Origin: Acanthaster planci | Lineage: Eukaryota | NCBI RefSeq assembly: GCF_001949145.1 | Contig: NW_019091359.1 | Location: 1,195,976-1,259,975, forward strand | DNA: 64,000 nucleotides | Direction: 5' to 3' | In this document: piece after piece, positions 35,486 to 50,400 of the stretch | Position numbering within the stretch: position 1 is the first letter of the stretch | How the letters are laid out: every line of letters begins with the position of its first letter | The notes under the pieces: generated by a model | Seen by the model: only the letters and a program-made list of their open reading frames with translations | What the model was told of the DNA's origin: nothing | The model's database searches: none | Position numbers and translations under genes: made by a program

Positions 35486-38400
35486 ATGGCTGAGGAAAAA
35501 ACGTCTGCCCCAGTAAACGGGAATGTAAGTGTGAACCCGAAGTCACTAGAGGCGACAGAGAGCCAGATAGTACCCATGGATATTGAACAAATGAAAATGG
35601 GAGAGGACGACGACGAGGACAACTTAGTGGAAGAGGAGGAAGTTGATCGAGGAGGCTGGGGCAACAAGTTAGACTTCATCATGGCTTGCATCGGCTACGC
35701 GGTGGGCCTGGGAAATGTCTGGAGGTTCCCGTATCTCTGCTACAAAAACGGAGGAGGTAAATCAATCATGCCATACAATCATTTTAGTTGTGTTGTCCTT
35801 ACTTTCTGACCGGCCGTGTCTTCCTCTTTCTGACTTTGAAGGTGCTTCGACCAATATTAAGGACTTTGCCTGGTTAGTTTCCTGTTATGGTTTCTATATG
35901 TGATCGTAACAAACTCCGACGGCACGTAAGACTTCACCCAACCAAAAAAAATTCAACAACATGGCGTCCGAAACTCAAAAAAATTTCGCATGAAATGCTT
36001 TTTTAGGTGGCAATATCGCCTCTTGATGCCAAACTGATACTCCAGTTTGATGTAATTCGTTGATGGTCAGCTATTTTGCTGACAATTAGGGCTGCAGATG
36101 CTAGCAATGAGGCGAGAATGGACAAAACGAGTGGTACTAAGCGAGACGAACATTGTTGTAGGCCCGTCATGCCAGCGGTTTCATAGGCCTACTCAGCGAC
36201 TCGACACAGTCAGCAAAAGTTGAAGCGGGCTCAACTTCGCCGATCCGTCTGGGGCTGGTTAGCATATGTCTGGGTTATCGGCGACGCTCCCGTTTGATAT
36301 GTTTCCGTATGTCTGCGTTGCAGTTTGCGCCTCGGTTGCGGTGCTCTCTGCGTTTGTCTCGTGGATATGGAAACCAGGCAATCACTGCCAAATACTTTTG
36401 ACGTCTGAGTCTCGTTTCGATAAGCTATAAATATAAAGTCGTTGAGCCCGTCTGATGCCTGGTAGAGTAAGAGTACGTGTAATTAAATCAGGAATCGCAA
36501 TGAGAGCTTTGTGCGAGTAATTACCTGTGTGTCTTTCGGCCGGGAATACGAGAAACGTGGTCCTGCTAATTGAGTGTTTCGTCTTTTTGTTTCTTGAAGT
36601 TTGCCACGATGTTGCACATTGATGGCTTGTTCAGAGAGAAGTTTTTAGCATATGTAAGGGATTAATACAAAAGATTCTCATCTGTAAAAATCAACATGAC
36701 CTAAACGGAGCGACACAGCTCTTACACTCAAAATAAGGTGTTGTTTTCCTTGGTTTTGAGACAAGAACATTCATTTGAAATATTGTGATCCATGTGACAC
36801 GATAACTCGTTGGGTTCCATTCACAACCTGCGTATTGCTAACTAGATTAAGCGCACTATTAATTGCGCTGTTGAGAGGAGGGTCTATCCATAAGGAATTT
36901 TGGGCCAAAACTATTATTAGAGCGTTAATTTACTTACGTTCCGTTTGCACCATTTTTCTTCCAACATTTCGTATTAATTTAAATATCTTTTGAAGTTTCT
37001 TCATTTCCTTCTCTTGTATTGGTGGTCTTTTTAAATATCCGTATTTCTTTGGGCATGGAGAGTTTTTCATGGAATATGTAATCTTCTGCATGACATCACA
37101 AAGTGGAAGACACAGAAGTTTGAATTGTTGCATAATAAGAAAAAGATATCTCTTTGTGATCTTTGAAATGGAGAGGCAACGAAAACAGAACTCGGTTTCT
37201 TGTTCTAAAACTGAGGTGATGTCTTCGTTACATTATTATATCGAGTCCACTAATAAATCTGCACCACAAATCACAAAGAAATCGTTGACATATAGCATAA
37301 AGCAACCCGTTTCCATTTTCTGTAATTTTTGTGAAGTCATTGTATCACCCTACGGTGATAACCATTTTCCAGTCTGTGGTAATGCGTTAGTATCGCAATT
37401 ACGATGCGGCTGATTGATGGAAAATTCCACTTGTTCGCAACCCACACTCGGTGGAGTTTGTCCCCTCACACCGACCCAGGCCATCGGCAAACAGCGCTAT
37501 CAGAAGAAACAGCGGCCAGCCCAGGGGCAAAGGCCACTCATTATCTCCTGATTAAGTATTAACTTCTTTAGTTTCTGTATCTGTAACTTTTAGCAGAAAA
37601 TTTGTTTCGGGTTCTCTGAGTTTGGGTCGATACTTAATTGGAAGAAATCGTCCATTTTGTCAAGCTGCAAAGAACTGCTTAAAGCAAGGCAATGAAATTC
37701 TGACAGTTGGTATTAGAATGTACCATTTTGGTATAATTATTAGATTAACCAAATTACTACGTTTGGTAAGGGCTCAATTTCTCTCATACTCCAACGGGTG
37801 TTGGCAATTTGTTTATATTTTGACCAGCTTAATTGTTGCAGAGCGTCAACTTTTTTTCAGCAAGCATTTCCCATTTATAGAATGTATTAGTCTAGGCAGC
37901 CATTGCTATGGGAACTTGTCAAAAGTGCCGTATGACATTTTTGATCATTTTTATTCGGATTTTTCCATGCCTTTTTGTCACCTTTTTCCGCTTGGAAATG
38001 CGCGATGATTTCGAAGGAGCATAGAGGAATAGTTTGAATTCAGTTTTCTACTAGTCCTCTCGGCGTACAACGTGACTGGATAACCACATTAAAGACATTC
38101 AGAATCTTTTTCAGAGGTTTATAAATGAATTGTCCTAAATCATCTTGGTATTTATTGCTTTGGGGGTACTTTGCTATTTCTTTATGCTGATGCTTCAGAA
38201 GTATTACGTTTGATCTGAAAAAAAAAAAGAAATTTTGTGGTTCCATCTTTTCAAAGTACAGCGCCAGGATAAACATAGGCAAGAAAACCATTTCTGTCAT
38301 ATGGTTTCATCTAAACCTGGGTCGGGTTTGTTTACTTCTTGTTTATCTGTCTATCGGTTGTCCCCCGAATCAGCTGCTAATTTCCCACAGACGTTATTAT

Positions 38401-41400
38401 CGCCAGTTCACGCTCAGTGCAGCTTGCGTTTGTTCTCTACAGCTATTTTGATATCAGTGAAACTTCTTAACTATGGTCTCACTTTGGTGTAAAGTTGATG
38501 AAGTTGTGTTGTGCTTAGACGAGATAAGAAAAAAGGACAGACTTGGAATTTTTCATTAAAAAAAATGTTGGCAATACATTTAATTGTCAGTGTCTTTAAG
38601 CTATTAAAAGAGATCGTTATGCGACTTCCTCTTGGAGGTAGATTCTGATATTTGGCACAATACATCTCCATTTCAACAATTCTTTACGATTTTGAGGACC
38701 TCCTCCTGAAATGTTCCATGGTGTGAATTTACTTGGAGACATGTCTTGTGCAACGTCCTACGCATTTTAGATGGAAGAAAAGTATCTGGCATTTCTTTTG
38801 GATTAATCCTTTTGGTCACTTGCTTTAATTAACTTTAGGGACCTTTGAAGTTGATGTTATATTTTGGACAGGCATCACTCTTGGTACAGAAGTTGCCTAT
38901 GATCTTGAATCGCTCTCACACCAAAAAGTAAAGGGGACATTGGCTGGTTAAAGAGAGAGAAACTGAAATCAAAGTGATATTTTATCCCTTAACTTTTCTC
39001 TAATCATGAAATGTTCTCTCTGAAGGAAGTTGAAAAGCTGAACATCGGTGCGAACTCGTAATTTTATTCAAGACCACAGCGCTGAATAGGTACAAGACAT
39101 AGAATCGTCCACGCGAGTTCGTTTTGGCGCGAAGCCAACACCAATGGGGGAGGTGGAACTCAACGGCACAGTCTGATGAATGCAATGGTTGTTTCTGGTA
39201 CACCCATAAGTTAAATTTTAATCAGTTTTCCCAATGACTAAATATCGTATTCCGGGTGATCTATCCAGCTTATCGTGTTTGTTGATGTCTTTTCTATACG
39301 GCACACTAGTCAGAAGTCACTGAACACACGCCAGTTTAACACAGGGTTACGCCCAAGGTCCTCACACTAGGAGAGTATCATACGCAATGCTGCTAACCTT
39401 GGCATCAAATAAACCAAAGGGGACAACTTTTCTGAGATTTCATAGTTTCACATACAAATATTTAGAACGTGATATTAGTTATGATGATTGGATGATGTTA
39501 ATGTGAAGATGAAGCAGAAACACAAGCCAGGAATAATGGTTCTGTGTTAAATAATGTAACCATCACAGTGTGCCTGGCCTGAAAAACAAATTTGCATTGC
39601 TCCTTAAAACATCCAAAGTACAAAGTTTTCGAGCTTGATCGATACTTTGGCAATTAAGGCCATTAGCGAGGAGGAAAGAGAGGTTTTGTCAATTCCTGAA
39701 TGTATAACAATGCTGTAAAATATAGGGCCCAGCTTCTTTTATGCCCTTCAATGATCATTAAGATATCAATGTTGAAATAATGTCTTTGTGAGTCGCCGAT
39801 CACGAACGTATTCCTACAATCGTGCTTCTGCACAGGCTAGGCACTAGCTTTTAATCGACTCGTTATCGAAACTGCTCGAGAAGGTTGCTGGTACTTAGTG
39901 TCAGCGTTTCATTCCTTTTTTCACCACTGTACCCTTCTCGAAGGTTGAATTGATTTTTTTATTTCTATGAATGGGAAAACACAACGATGTGAAACTCAAC
40001 CAAATTTCAGACGTTTTAGTTCGTCACAGTCAATTTGCTCATCTTGTTGATTTATGTCAGCAGTACATAACCGGGAAAATGGTTTGACATCCTTAAAAGA
40101 AGACCCTCAAACCCTCCAGAATGGGCCATTATGAAAAAAACATCCGTTGCTTAACACTTCAGGAAAATTACCTCACGATATCAGCCACGCACGGTCGTTT
40201 GTATATGCATCAAATGGCGGAGGAAAATAACTCGAAATTTGTCGCCTGTTTTATGATATGCTATATAAATCTCAAAGAAGATCTTCATCTTAATATCTTG
40301 AGGCACGGATGTAATTTCCTTGTAATCACACCAGGATCTGAATTTAATGACCTCGAAGCTATACGGTCAGCAATTTACTTTGCATGAAGTGGAAATTTAC
40401 AACTTACGTTTTGTAATCGCAGATTAAAGATAATGCGTCACTCAATATTGCCTCTTATATAAGTGTTTATGTAACAGTCATTTACACGGTCACGTTTTTT
40501 GTTGATAGATTATAAAATGCCACATACTTCAGCAAGCTTCTGTCTGATAACTGTCAATCTTCTTTTACTTTTTTTCTTTTTAAGAGCAATTACCAAGGAG
40601 TGGACCAAATCAAAAATAAGCGAGCAAAGCAGCAATCTTCAAGATTTAATTGGGTGGGACAGTCACTGCGCTCGTGACATTTCGCTCGACTTCATGCCAG
40701 ATGTCAGCTGCCAACAATATGGGACAAAATTCTTTCCAAACCCCGACTAAATCTTACCCAAAAATCCACCAGCTGAGAAGTTACACCACACATGTGTTAA
40801 ATAGTAAAGCCAATTCTGAAACAAACATCATAGTGCTCTGTCATATTTTTTAAAATAAACGACGCATGCGCGGCAAAGTTTAACGTTATCCTTACCAACC
40901 CAATCGACACAAATATAACATAGTCAGAAATTTGAAAAAGTAAAGAGGAGTTCTGTTCTGAATTCTAGAAATTACGGTTAAACATAGAATTAAAAAAGTC
41001 AGATTTCTGTAGCTATTTAACATCGAATTTTTTTACCTGAAGAAGCTTCTGGGGCAGTTTTTTTTACCCGCAAGTTCTTCAACCTTGCAATTGAGCTTTG
41101 AGCCAACTAAGCACGACGCGTTAATACGTCAACTACGGAAATGAAAACAGAATTCCTAAACGAGTGTACACGACCTCCGTAGAAAAAATATGGAAAATTA
41201 TGCGTGTTTACCTGTCTTGCAGTGCCAAGCGGTTAAATTGGAATAATTCGTCTAACCATACGCTGTGAATGCTTATTATTTACGGAAAGAACAAACAAAC
41301 TCAGCTGAGCAACTCGCCCCCTTCCGGCAGTTTGACCAATCGTCCCAATCAATTTTGTGTGGAACGACGTCCAGGCAGTACATGTTATAGCCGCGTGATA

Positions 41401-44400
41401 CGACTTGTTTTATTCGCTCCCATGATAAATTTCTCTCGGCCTTATGAAGTCGCAATGCTGGGCTATTTTCAAACCAGTTTCCATTTGACAGGCATAGCAT
41501 TTGGTCTGACAAAGACAAATCCGAACCGAACCAAACCAAACGGCCGTGGATCCAGTGGGGTCAGTCTCTCCTTCCTGTTCGTTGCCATTTAAGATCCTAC
41601 ATCTATTGGGTCGGAAGACCCCTTGGAAAGCATAAATCACGTGGGAGTCTTATTTTGCGTGTAAATGAACGACAAAAAGAGATTAAATGGCTTCACCAAC
41701 GGCGACATTATAGTTAGCCCCCCCGAACGAAATTTCCCAAACCCCATCCCAGCAGAAAAATCTGAATCTATCCCTGCCAAAACTGAGTAACATATCCATT
41801 TTCAAACACACAAAGCCTCTAGGGAAAACGAAACAAAAACAACATACCGTAACGCATTAAAATTCCATTTACAAAATTACAATACCGGCGATTCACAATA
41901 GTGCGCCTCCAAGAGTTTACAACGCTATGACCTATCACAATGCGCAAAATCTGTCTACCCAATGCGCGTTTGGAAAGGGTCGACAGATTTCGCGCGCTGT
42001 GATTGGTCTAAGCGTTGCAAACTCTTGGAGGTGCACTATTGTGAATCATCCGTATTGAAAGAAATTGACTGTCAATAATGAACAATTATTAGTCATGAAT
42101 TGTGTTCTGCTGATTGCCGTTTTGAAGAGGCATGTCCCTGCAATCTCATTTGAGAAGATGATCTGAAATCGAATAGTTGGCGGGACCAAACTGCTGTTTT
42201 ATTGAGGTCCTTGCGTGCTTTTCAACGGGGGGGGGGGTGGAATTCGAAGGGGTGGTGGGTATAGAGGAATGAACAGCACATTTTTTTTTCATTTTTCTTG
42301 ATACGTATACGTAAATTTACGCGTTCACTTGTTTTCAAACGTTACATCCAAACTGTGCATGTAACGTTTTTGTATCATGTGCCACACTTTTCAGTGCCCT
42401 TTAATACATTTTGAATTTGGGACAGTTTGAAAATAAAATGGGATGGATTGGATAAATCATCAAAAATCAAAAGTGAAGGGATATAATCTCCCCATCCCCT
42501 GGGATTTATGCCCATGGTTGAATCATATACCATCAATTCATTGCAGAGACAAGAATTATTTTAGTCACGATTCATGGGGAAATTATATGATAAATATAAT
42601 TTGTTTATTGGTTACCGAAAATGGGTCACTTGGGAGACATTCCCATAAGAACGTGCACAAACTTTACTGTCCAATAATTAAATATTCCCTTATCTGATCT
42701 GAACCAAACTTCGTATGTTTTCAATTTAGACCCTAATTTATCATCTCTCAAAATTTGGACGATAAAATTCGGCCTCCTTCTGGTAGATGGGGCATTCGGG
42801 AGACACTGAAATGTCTCCCTAATGACCGATGTCTCCCTAAGGTCGAAAAATGTGCCACACAATGTCTCCCTGATGACCAATTCGTAAGAATAGGACACAC
42901 GCCTAATGATTCTTAAATTATTGTTGTCCCCATTTTAGGAGCCTTTCTCATTCCCTACTTCGTGTCGTTGGTGGCGTGTGGTGTACCTATCTTCCTTATG
43001 GAGGTTTCCCTTGGTCAAGCCTTACAGACTGGAGGCATAAGCGTATGGGAAATATTTCCCGCCATTAAAGGTAAAACTTCCCGCCATCATTACCTTTTAA
43101 TAACGAACTTAAAACAATGTACTTGTACCAGATAGGCTACAGCAACATTTCTTGTTGGGTTAAGATACATTTTCTTGGCTGTTGGAAACATCAGCTTTCC
43201 CGTCCCCGCGTGCGTGCCAGTGAATTTTCCTGCCCTGTTAATTACATATGCGCGTGGAGCGATAGTTTTCAACTTTGACAGGTTCGCTAAACTGGAGAAC
43301 CCAGAAATTTTGTTGCTAGGGAGGTATGAAGGTGCATGTTAACAGCGACTCAGTCGTAGTTTGAAACTAGAAAGTGTATTTCATGTTACAAATTGTTTTA
43401 CTACCCTAGAGTTGAAAAATGTTAATAACGGCATAAAATGGGGAACATTATTCGATATTGGTTATCAGAAAATGACATCAACAACACTTGAGAACCAGCC
43501 TTTGGTGGCAAATTTGAATTTGCTCATTTTTTGGTAATGACTCCAGTTTGGTGACTTCTTCTTTGTGAGAAGAACTGGCAAACTATGCAGGTTTCAGCTG
43601 TTGCACAGCACACTTCAAGACAAGTAATCATGCCCAAAACCCCAAACGGCAGGTCGGTAAATCACGCAGACCTAATACAGCCTGGCATCTCAGCTGAAAG
43701 CAGTGTTTGAGAAAACTTGAACAGAGTCCATTGCACAGTTAGTCCGAATCACTGAAGAGCTATTCAATTAACAATCACCAGGTGTTGGTCTGTCCGCCGC
43801 CACCATTGCTTCCATGCTGAACGTATACTACATCATCATCGTGTCCTGGTCTCTGTTCTACATGTTTGTCTCCTTCACCAGCGAGCTACCCTGGCACGAT
43901 TGCGGCAACGAATGGAACAACGAGTTCTGCAGTGAACTGGAGCTGCAGAATAACCTGACATCTTCCATAAAGAAGAATTTCTTCTTATCCACCAACGGCT
44001 CACTTTTGCCCAAACCACTGGCCGAATCCTCCGCTGAACAGTATTGGGAGTAAGTGTGGCAAGCAATCCGCGTTGAGCAGAAGCACCCCTTCGTCGGTTA
44101 AAAAGAGCCATGTTGGTGGGGAGTGTTCATCTTGCTGGTGGTGATGCGACCGCAACGCTTGCATTGCATAGTCGTTCGTGAACCGGGGAAGCGCATTGCC
44201 CACCAAAGGAGCCTCCGTTGCTATGAAAATTGTACACTTTCTCGGTTCTGCTCGGGGCCCATTGGTCTCTTTATTAGAGTTCTTCCAACGATACATGCAC
44301 AAAATGAAACATGCCACAAGTCATTTGGGATAAGATGTGAACGAGACCGGACGGCTCCTCGCCCATACACTGAATATGGTTGGACCGCCGTGACGTAGGA

Positions 44401-47400
44401 CTTTTATCCCGAATGACCTTGCCTCGTTAAATAGTGAATTTGTCTGCCGGCTTATCGGATTTTTCATTACGACCTTTCGTTCCATCCCCTAACAGGAGAA
44501 GAGTACTGCACATAAGTAGCGGGTTTGAGGACGTTGGTAGTATCCGATGGGACCTCATTGGATGTTTGGCCTTAGCCTGGGTGATGACATTCCTCTGTAT
44601 TTGGAGAGGCGTCAAAACTACTGGAAAGGTAGACTAACTGACAATTTAAAAAAATCAGATCATCTCTGACCAGCATGCTGATTCGCACAAATTGGTGTTG
44701 CGCCAAAGTAATCACGATAGCATGACACACCTTACAGATATTTCTGGATCACCAGCCAAATCCACACGATTTGACAGGATTCTGTGCCGGAATTGACCTT
44801 AATTGCTGTCCTTGCCTTATCTGTCTTTTTCAGATCGTGTGGTTCACTGCCCTCATTCCTTACGTCATCCTACTCATTCTCCTCATCAACGGTGTCCTCC
44901 TGGAAGGTTCCGAGGATGGCATCCTCTACTACATCACACCTACTTTTGACAAACTCACTGAGGCCAAAGTAAGACGACTCTCTTGATTCGAAGAACCAAG
45001 TTACAAATACTGTATAGCGAAGCTGATTGCAAGAGAGAGTCGAAGGCATTTCGATTCCTGTATACCATTTACACGTGTATGCGATTGTGCTCGTGCTGCA
45101 TTCATATGGCTGTAGACCCATAACATTCCGTAAATTGCCTCTAAATGGCAGTTAAAGAGTAAATAACACGCAAAGACCCAGAAGTTGTGACTTGGCTTGG
45201 GCTTAAGTTCACGTTTGTGTTGGATCCATCTGCGCCAAGCTCCCAGCAGAGTTAGACTTGCGATTCTGATGTTTGCGTTGCGACTCGGCCACCCTGTGTA
45301 GGCCCTAAGTTTAAACTTTTGAAGGTTACTAGTCCACATTTCTAGGCATTATTCTATTACAAATTTCTGACTACGAGTACCAAACTACAATCCCGGACAA
45401 AATTGTTGGGACACTTGGCAGTAGCCGTACGCTCTCTAGTCCCCACCCCCACTCCCCCGGTCAATGTTGTCATGTCCAGCCGGAGCACAGACCACGCACA
45501 TGGATGCAACATTGAAAGGGGTCTGGAGGTTGGAGGCCCAACGAGATTTGTCCGGGATGTAGGCTCGAGTCGGACTCCAGTCGTAATGTTTGTGACTCGT
45601 GACTTGACTTGTAACTATGAGTTTTTGACTTGTGACTTGACTTGGATTTGCAAAAATTGACTCGCTACCACCTCTGCCAAGTACCTTAACCTTCAGCACG
45701 AGTCGTTACATCCCAGTAATCCTTCACGTACCTCTGTCGCCTTTAATGCCATACAGTATCAGAATCGGTTTCTGTTTTTGGCAGTACTGTCACACTCGAA
45801 CGTCATTAATCCAACTAATTTGTACAATCACATTCCGTCGTTTGCAGCAACTTGGCGTTCGGCGGTCAATGACATCTCGCACAATTATTTTCATATTAAT
45901 GAAATTAACTACATGAGCCCATAACCAGCGATGTGATCTTGCCGCAGGGCCTACTTCTAAATGGTCGACTAGATGGTCTAAACCATGGTCGAACTATAAG
46001 TCAGCTAATTCAGTCGGCACTGGAACATACCCTTCGCCAGAAGTAGGTCACGGTGAATAGCCTAGCGCTTCCGGACACGGCCTTCGAATGACAGATAGAG
46101 GAAAGTGTGTGACGGGTGAGAAATATATGACATCATAAAACAATATTTTCGTTGTCATTTCTAGGTATGGGTTGATGCTGCCACCCAGATCTTCTTTTCC
46201 TATGGCGTGGGCATCGGCTCGCTTATTTCACTCGGTAGCTACAATCCTTACCGGAACAATGTTTTGATGTAAGTAATGTCAGGACCCGAAAAGGTGTTGA
46301 GCTGTGTCCAAAAGTTGCGGTTGGAAACAACTTGTACGTCTTAAATGGAAACCACTGATTTCGTGTGATTTTTGATCCTCTTTCAATTATTTTACCGTCT
46401 GTGATTATTTGTCAGTGATTTCAAACGCAGCAATAATGCTTGACCTGGTATTTTGACGTTACTAACTTTCCCGCTCTGTGTTTTCTGGCCGACAGTGATA
46501 CAATTGTGGTGGGTATCGTGAACGCAGCCACCAGCCTGTTCGCAGGTTTTGTCATCTTTGCTGTACTGGGCTACATGGCGACCATACAAGATGTGGAAGT
46601 TTCGCAAGTAGCTGACGAAGGTATTGCATTGATTATATTTCATTACCTTCTGATCGTCAAATCCTTTGGGCAAATGTGCCTTTTATTTAGCATGCGTAAC
46701 TCACCGTGCTGCAAAACATTTTCTGAAGTTTGGCGTCTGGTGTGTTGTTCAAACTAACACTTTTTAGAACCGTGCACCAAACAATCAAACGGAACAAGGT
46801 AATTGTTCCATGTCAGTGAAGATGTTAATGGCGGAGCGCGCAGCATAGACATTACCACTGTAAGGAAAGAGTAAAGCTTTACGCATCTGTAAGATTTGGT
46901 TGCCGTCGGCAACATGGAAGCCATCGGCCCTTGTGAGCCATTTGTGGATTGTGTGAAATCTGAACTCACTGACCACAACGCCTATGACTTCGTCCGAAGA
47001 ATAACTGACAGGCTGACAGACCATATTAGGACAAGGAGATTCCGTATGAGAAATGTCTATTCTTCTGCCTCGGCCAAGACTTTTGTATACTGACCAAAAG
47101 AGGGAAGGTGAATTATACCAAATGCATTTCTTCACAACAGCACGTCTATTTTGTATGGATTGTTTTTATAGGGCCAGGACTGGCATTTGTTGCATATCCA
47201 ACGGCTGTTGATACTATGCCCGCCGCTCCTTTCTGGTCAATCATATTCTTCGCCATGCTGGTCATGTTGGGTCTGGACAGTCAGGTAAAGTAATATCGTA
47301 TAATGCTTGTGGTAAAAACGAATAAGCCAAAATTTTGTTTGTGAATAAAATCATGGGAAAACGGCTCCATAATTTTATTTTTGCGAATACTCCTGACAAA

Positions 47401-50400
47401 AGAGTCCTTTTACTGATGACACGAGTCTGTTAAATAACCATCATAATGTAAATGCAGCCATTAGCAATCTAAATACAGAACTTTTAAAGGTGAATGAATG
47501 GCTCTTGTCAAATAAACTTTCAGCTAATTCACTCAAGATGAATTACATGATTTTTAAGTCAAGACAAAATAAGTAAACACAAAATTCTTTTCTTTGTTTG
47601 CGTAGTACTGTTCTGAACCAGGTCAAAACTACTAAATTCTTCTGTGTTCATAATGATAAGAATCTCTCTTGGAGTAAACATATCCACAATTGTTTACTAA
47701 AATTTTCAGAAACGTTGGCGTTATGAAGAGATTAAGTTTTTTTTCTACCGAAAACTATACTTTCAACTTTGCTTAATACCCTTACTCTTTCTTACTTAAA
47801 TTATAACATTCCTACTTGGGGCAGCTCGACCTGTCAATGAAACAAGCTGTTTCTTATCCAGAAGAAAGCTGTCCGAATAATGTCCAAAACAGGTTATCTT
47901 ACTCACACAAGCCTATTATTTGTAGAGCTTGGAATACTTAAAATGAACCACCTTCCCATTTTGAATTTGTGAAAATTTAATTTTGAATACAAACATTATC
48001 ATTTACCGCGTAGTTTCAATTTATTAGTGTCTCTTCAGTACACTCTCATACAACTAGAAGTGCATCTACAGGCAACTATTATGTTAATTACAACCGTACT
48101 TCTGTTTCCAAAGATAGTCTCATCTCACGATATGTGTCCTTTTGGAGCAACCTTAATAAGGATCTGACAAGACTCTCAACGCTAAATGCATTTACTAGAA
48201 AACTTAAAACTTACCTTATTAGTTTGTATAATAAAAATCAGATCATGTAATAATGTCAGTGTACTTCCATTCTTTAATTAAAAGGTCTGGTCTCAACTGA
48301 TAGCAGTTATGTCTTACTGTTGTCTGTGCTGCCAATGTATCGTATGTCTCCTGTGTTATGTTTCTTGTCCAGTCTGAACCATTGTTCGTGTAATAGGGAA
48401 AGCCAAAAGCAAAGTGCTTCTGTTTTCTACATGTTGGTAGTAATTCAGACTTTGTACAATAAATCAAACTTAACACGGCAGTTCCTGTTAATTGTAGAAA
48501 TTTTCACTATGTATATATGATATTGACGTATTTGGGATTTCTTTTGTCGCCAACATGAACTAAATGAATGAATAAATTTAACTGTTGAAGGAAAAAAATC
48601 AAGCAAATCAACATTTTTCACAGAGTCATTTCATAGGCCCAAGTTGGTAATGGTTGGCAGGTTCAAAACCACATTCGCTGATGAGGTGGGTCAGTTTAAC
48701 TTGACAACGAGTCAGTGATGTCTCTTTTTTCTTCCTTGGTCAATTTTTCCCCCTCAGTTCTGCGTCGTAGAGGGCTTCGTCACCTCCCTCATGGACGGCT
48801 TTCCCGAGTTCAGGCTCAGGCAGAATCGGACCATTTTTGTCATCTGCATCTGCGTCGTAGATTTCTTCCTGGGGTTCATGTGTCTCACAGAGGTAAGAGC
48901 ATACCTCATCAGCGTAATTTCCTCTTTCCGTGCTCCTCATATCAGAGGACCAAACAATAGATCCATTTCAAGACTCAGTATGGCGGACGCACTGACACGT
49001 TTGCCATGTAATTTTCTAAGCAGATTGGCAACTACAGCGTTGTGACGAGCCACTAGACACTCAGAATGCTTATCCCTAAATGAAACCTCATAGAGAGATA
49101 AAACAGATGACGTGGAGGAGGAACCATCCATTGCCTTTGCCGCCTCGGTTCCAATGCCCATGCAAATATATACACGTGCTTGGTTGGACACCCAGATGCT
49201 TCTCTGGCGCCGCATCCGTCTTGGGCAGGAGTACCCGTAATCGGTGGGGTGGGGAGTGTTCATTTTGTTGGTAGCAATGCGATGTCATAGTCGTTCGTGA
49301 ATCAGCAAAGTGCGGTACCCACCACAGGAGCCTCCGTTGCTCGGAACATTGCGCGCTCTCTCTGTCCAGCTCGGGGTCATTCGCGCAAACAATTGCTCCC
49401 TTGCGGAGATTTGGCCCCCATACGTCAGTAAATGTAACTCCCTCGTGCAAGGAGTTTGTTGTTTAAGCGAAGAGATTCTCGATTCTGATGCTGATTTGAA
49501 AGTCTGACTTTCATGTTGTCCTTTTTTTTAAGGGCGGGATGTACATGTTCCAGTTGTTGGATTCCTACGCAGCTAGCGGCATGCCATTGCTTTGGGTAGC
49601 CAGTTTTGAGTGCATCACAATATCTTACGGCTATGGAATCCGGCGATACTACCGAGATGTGTCCACGATGCTTACATTCACGCCGGGTTGGTTCTGGCCA
49701 CTCAGTTGGGCTTTCATCACCCCCGTGGTCACTGTTGTAAGTTTGCCTCTCATTTGTTGAACTCCCGAGTTAATTTCTTTCCAACTTATGATTAAGACTC
49801 GTAGTTTTTATGTCTTGATCTGTTTTGAAGGTGGACCCAGAACTATATTTTATTTCGGTCCAGAATTTTGGTGGAAGGGGGACAGAATCGAAAAAAAAAA
49901 TTCATGTAATCATTACAGTCTTTCTTGGATGTGAGGCTACATTTAGGGCGTTTTAAGACCTTTCATTCTACGGTTGTGCCAAAGGGCGACTGCAATCAGT
50001 GTTTTTTACGAACATGTAAAATGCACCTTTGCACCTCAGTAAACCTTATTTTCAACTTTGGTTTCACTGTTTCAAAGGGTATTTTAATACCCTTTTGGTT
50101 TTTATGCTAATGAGTATTTCCATACTGTGATGTCATCTCAGAAAGAAGCCTCAATATGACAGTGGCTTGTACACAAAAAGTCCTGCGTTTTTGTAGATTT
50201 TCCTGAACTAAGTTTTCTCGTTTTTGCTGTTTCATTGTTGTTTGTGTGCATAGCAATAAGAAATCATCAATCCCTCTCTCAGAAATACTTTCACGTAGTA
50301 AATTCTGGGCTTACAATTTGAACAGAAATACCTGTGCACAGAACCAGGGCCGTTTTCCATTACCCAACTTCGTCTCCGTCTCAGGCTTCGTTCCCAAAAC

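Noticed and set aside
36171..36379. Possible Harbinger-type MITE with an internal AAGTTGA..TCAACTT hairpin
   Set aside because: The left terminus is too degenerate to define TIRs or a TSD.
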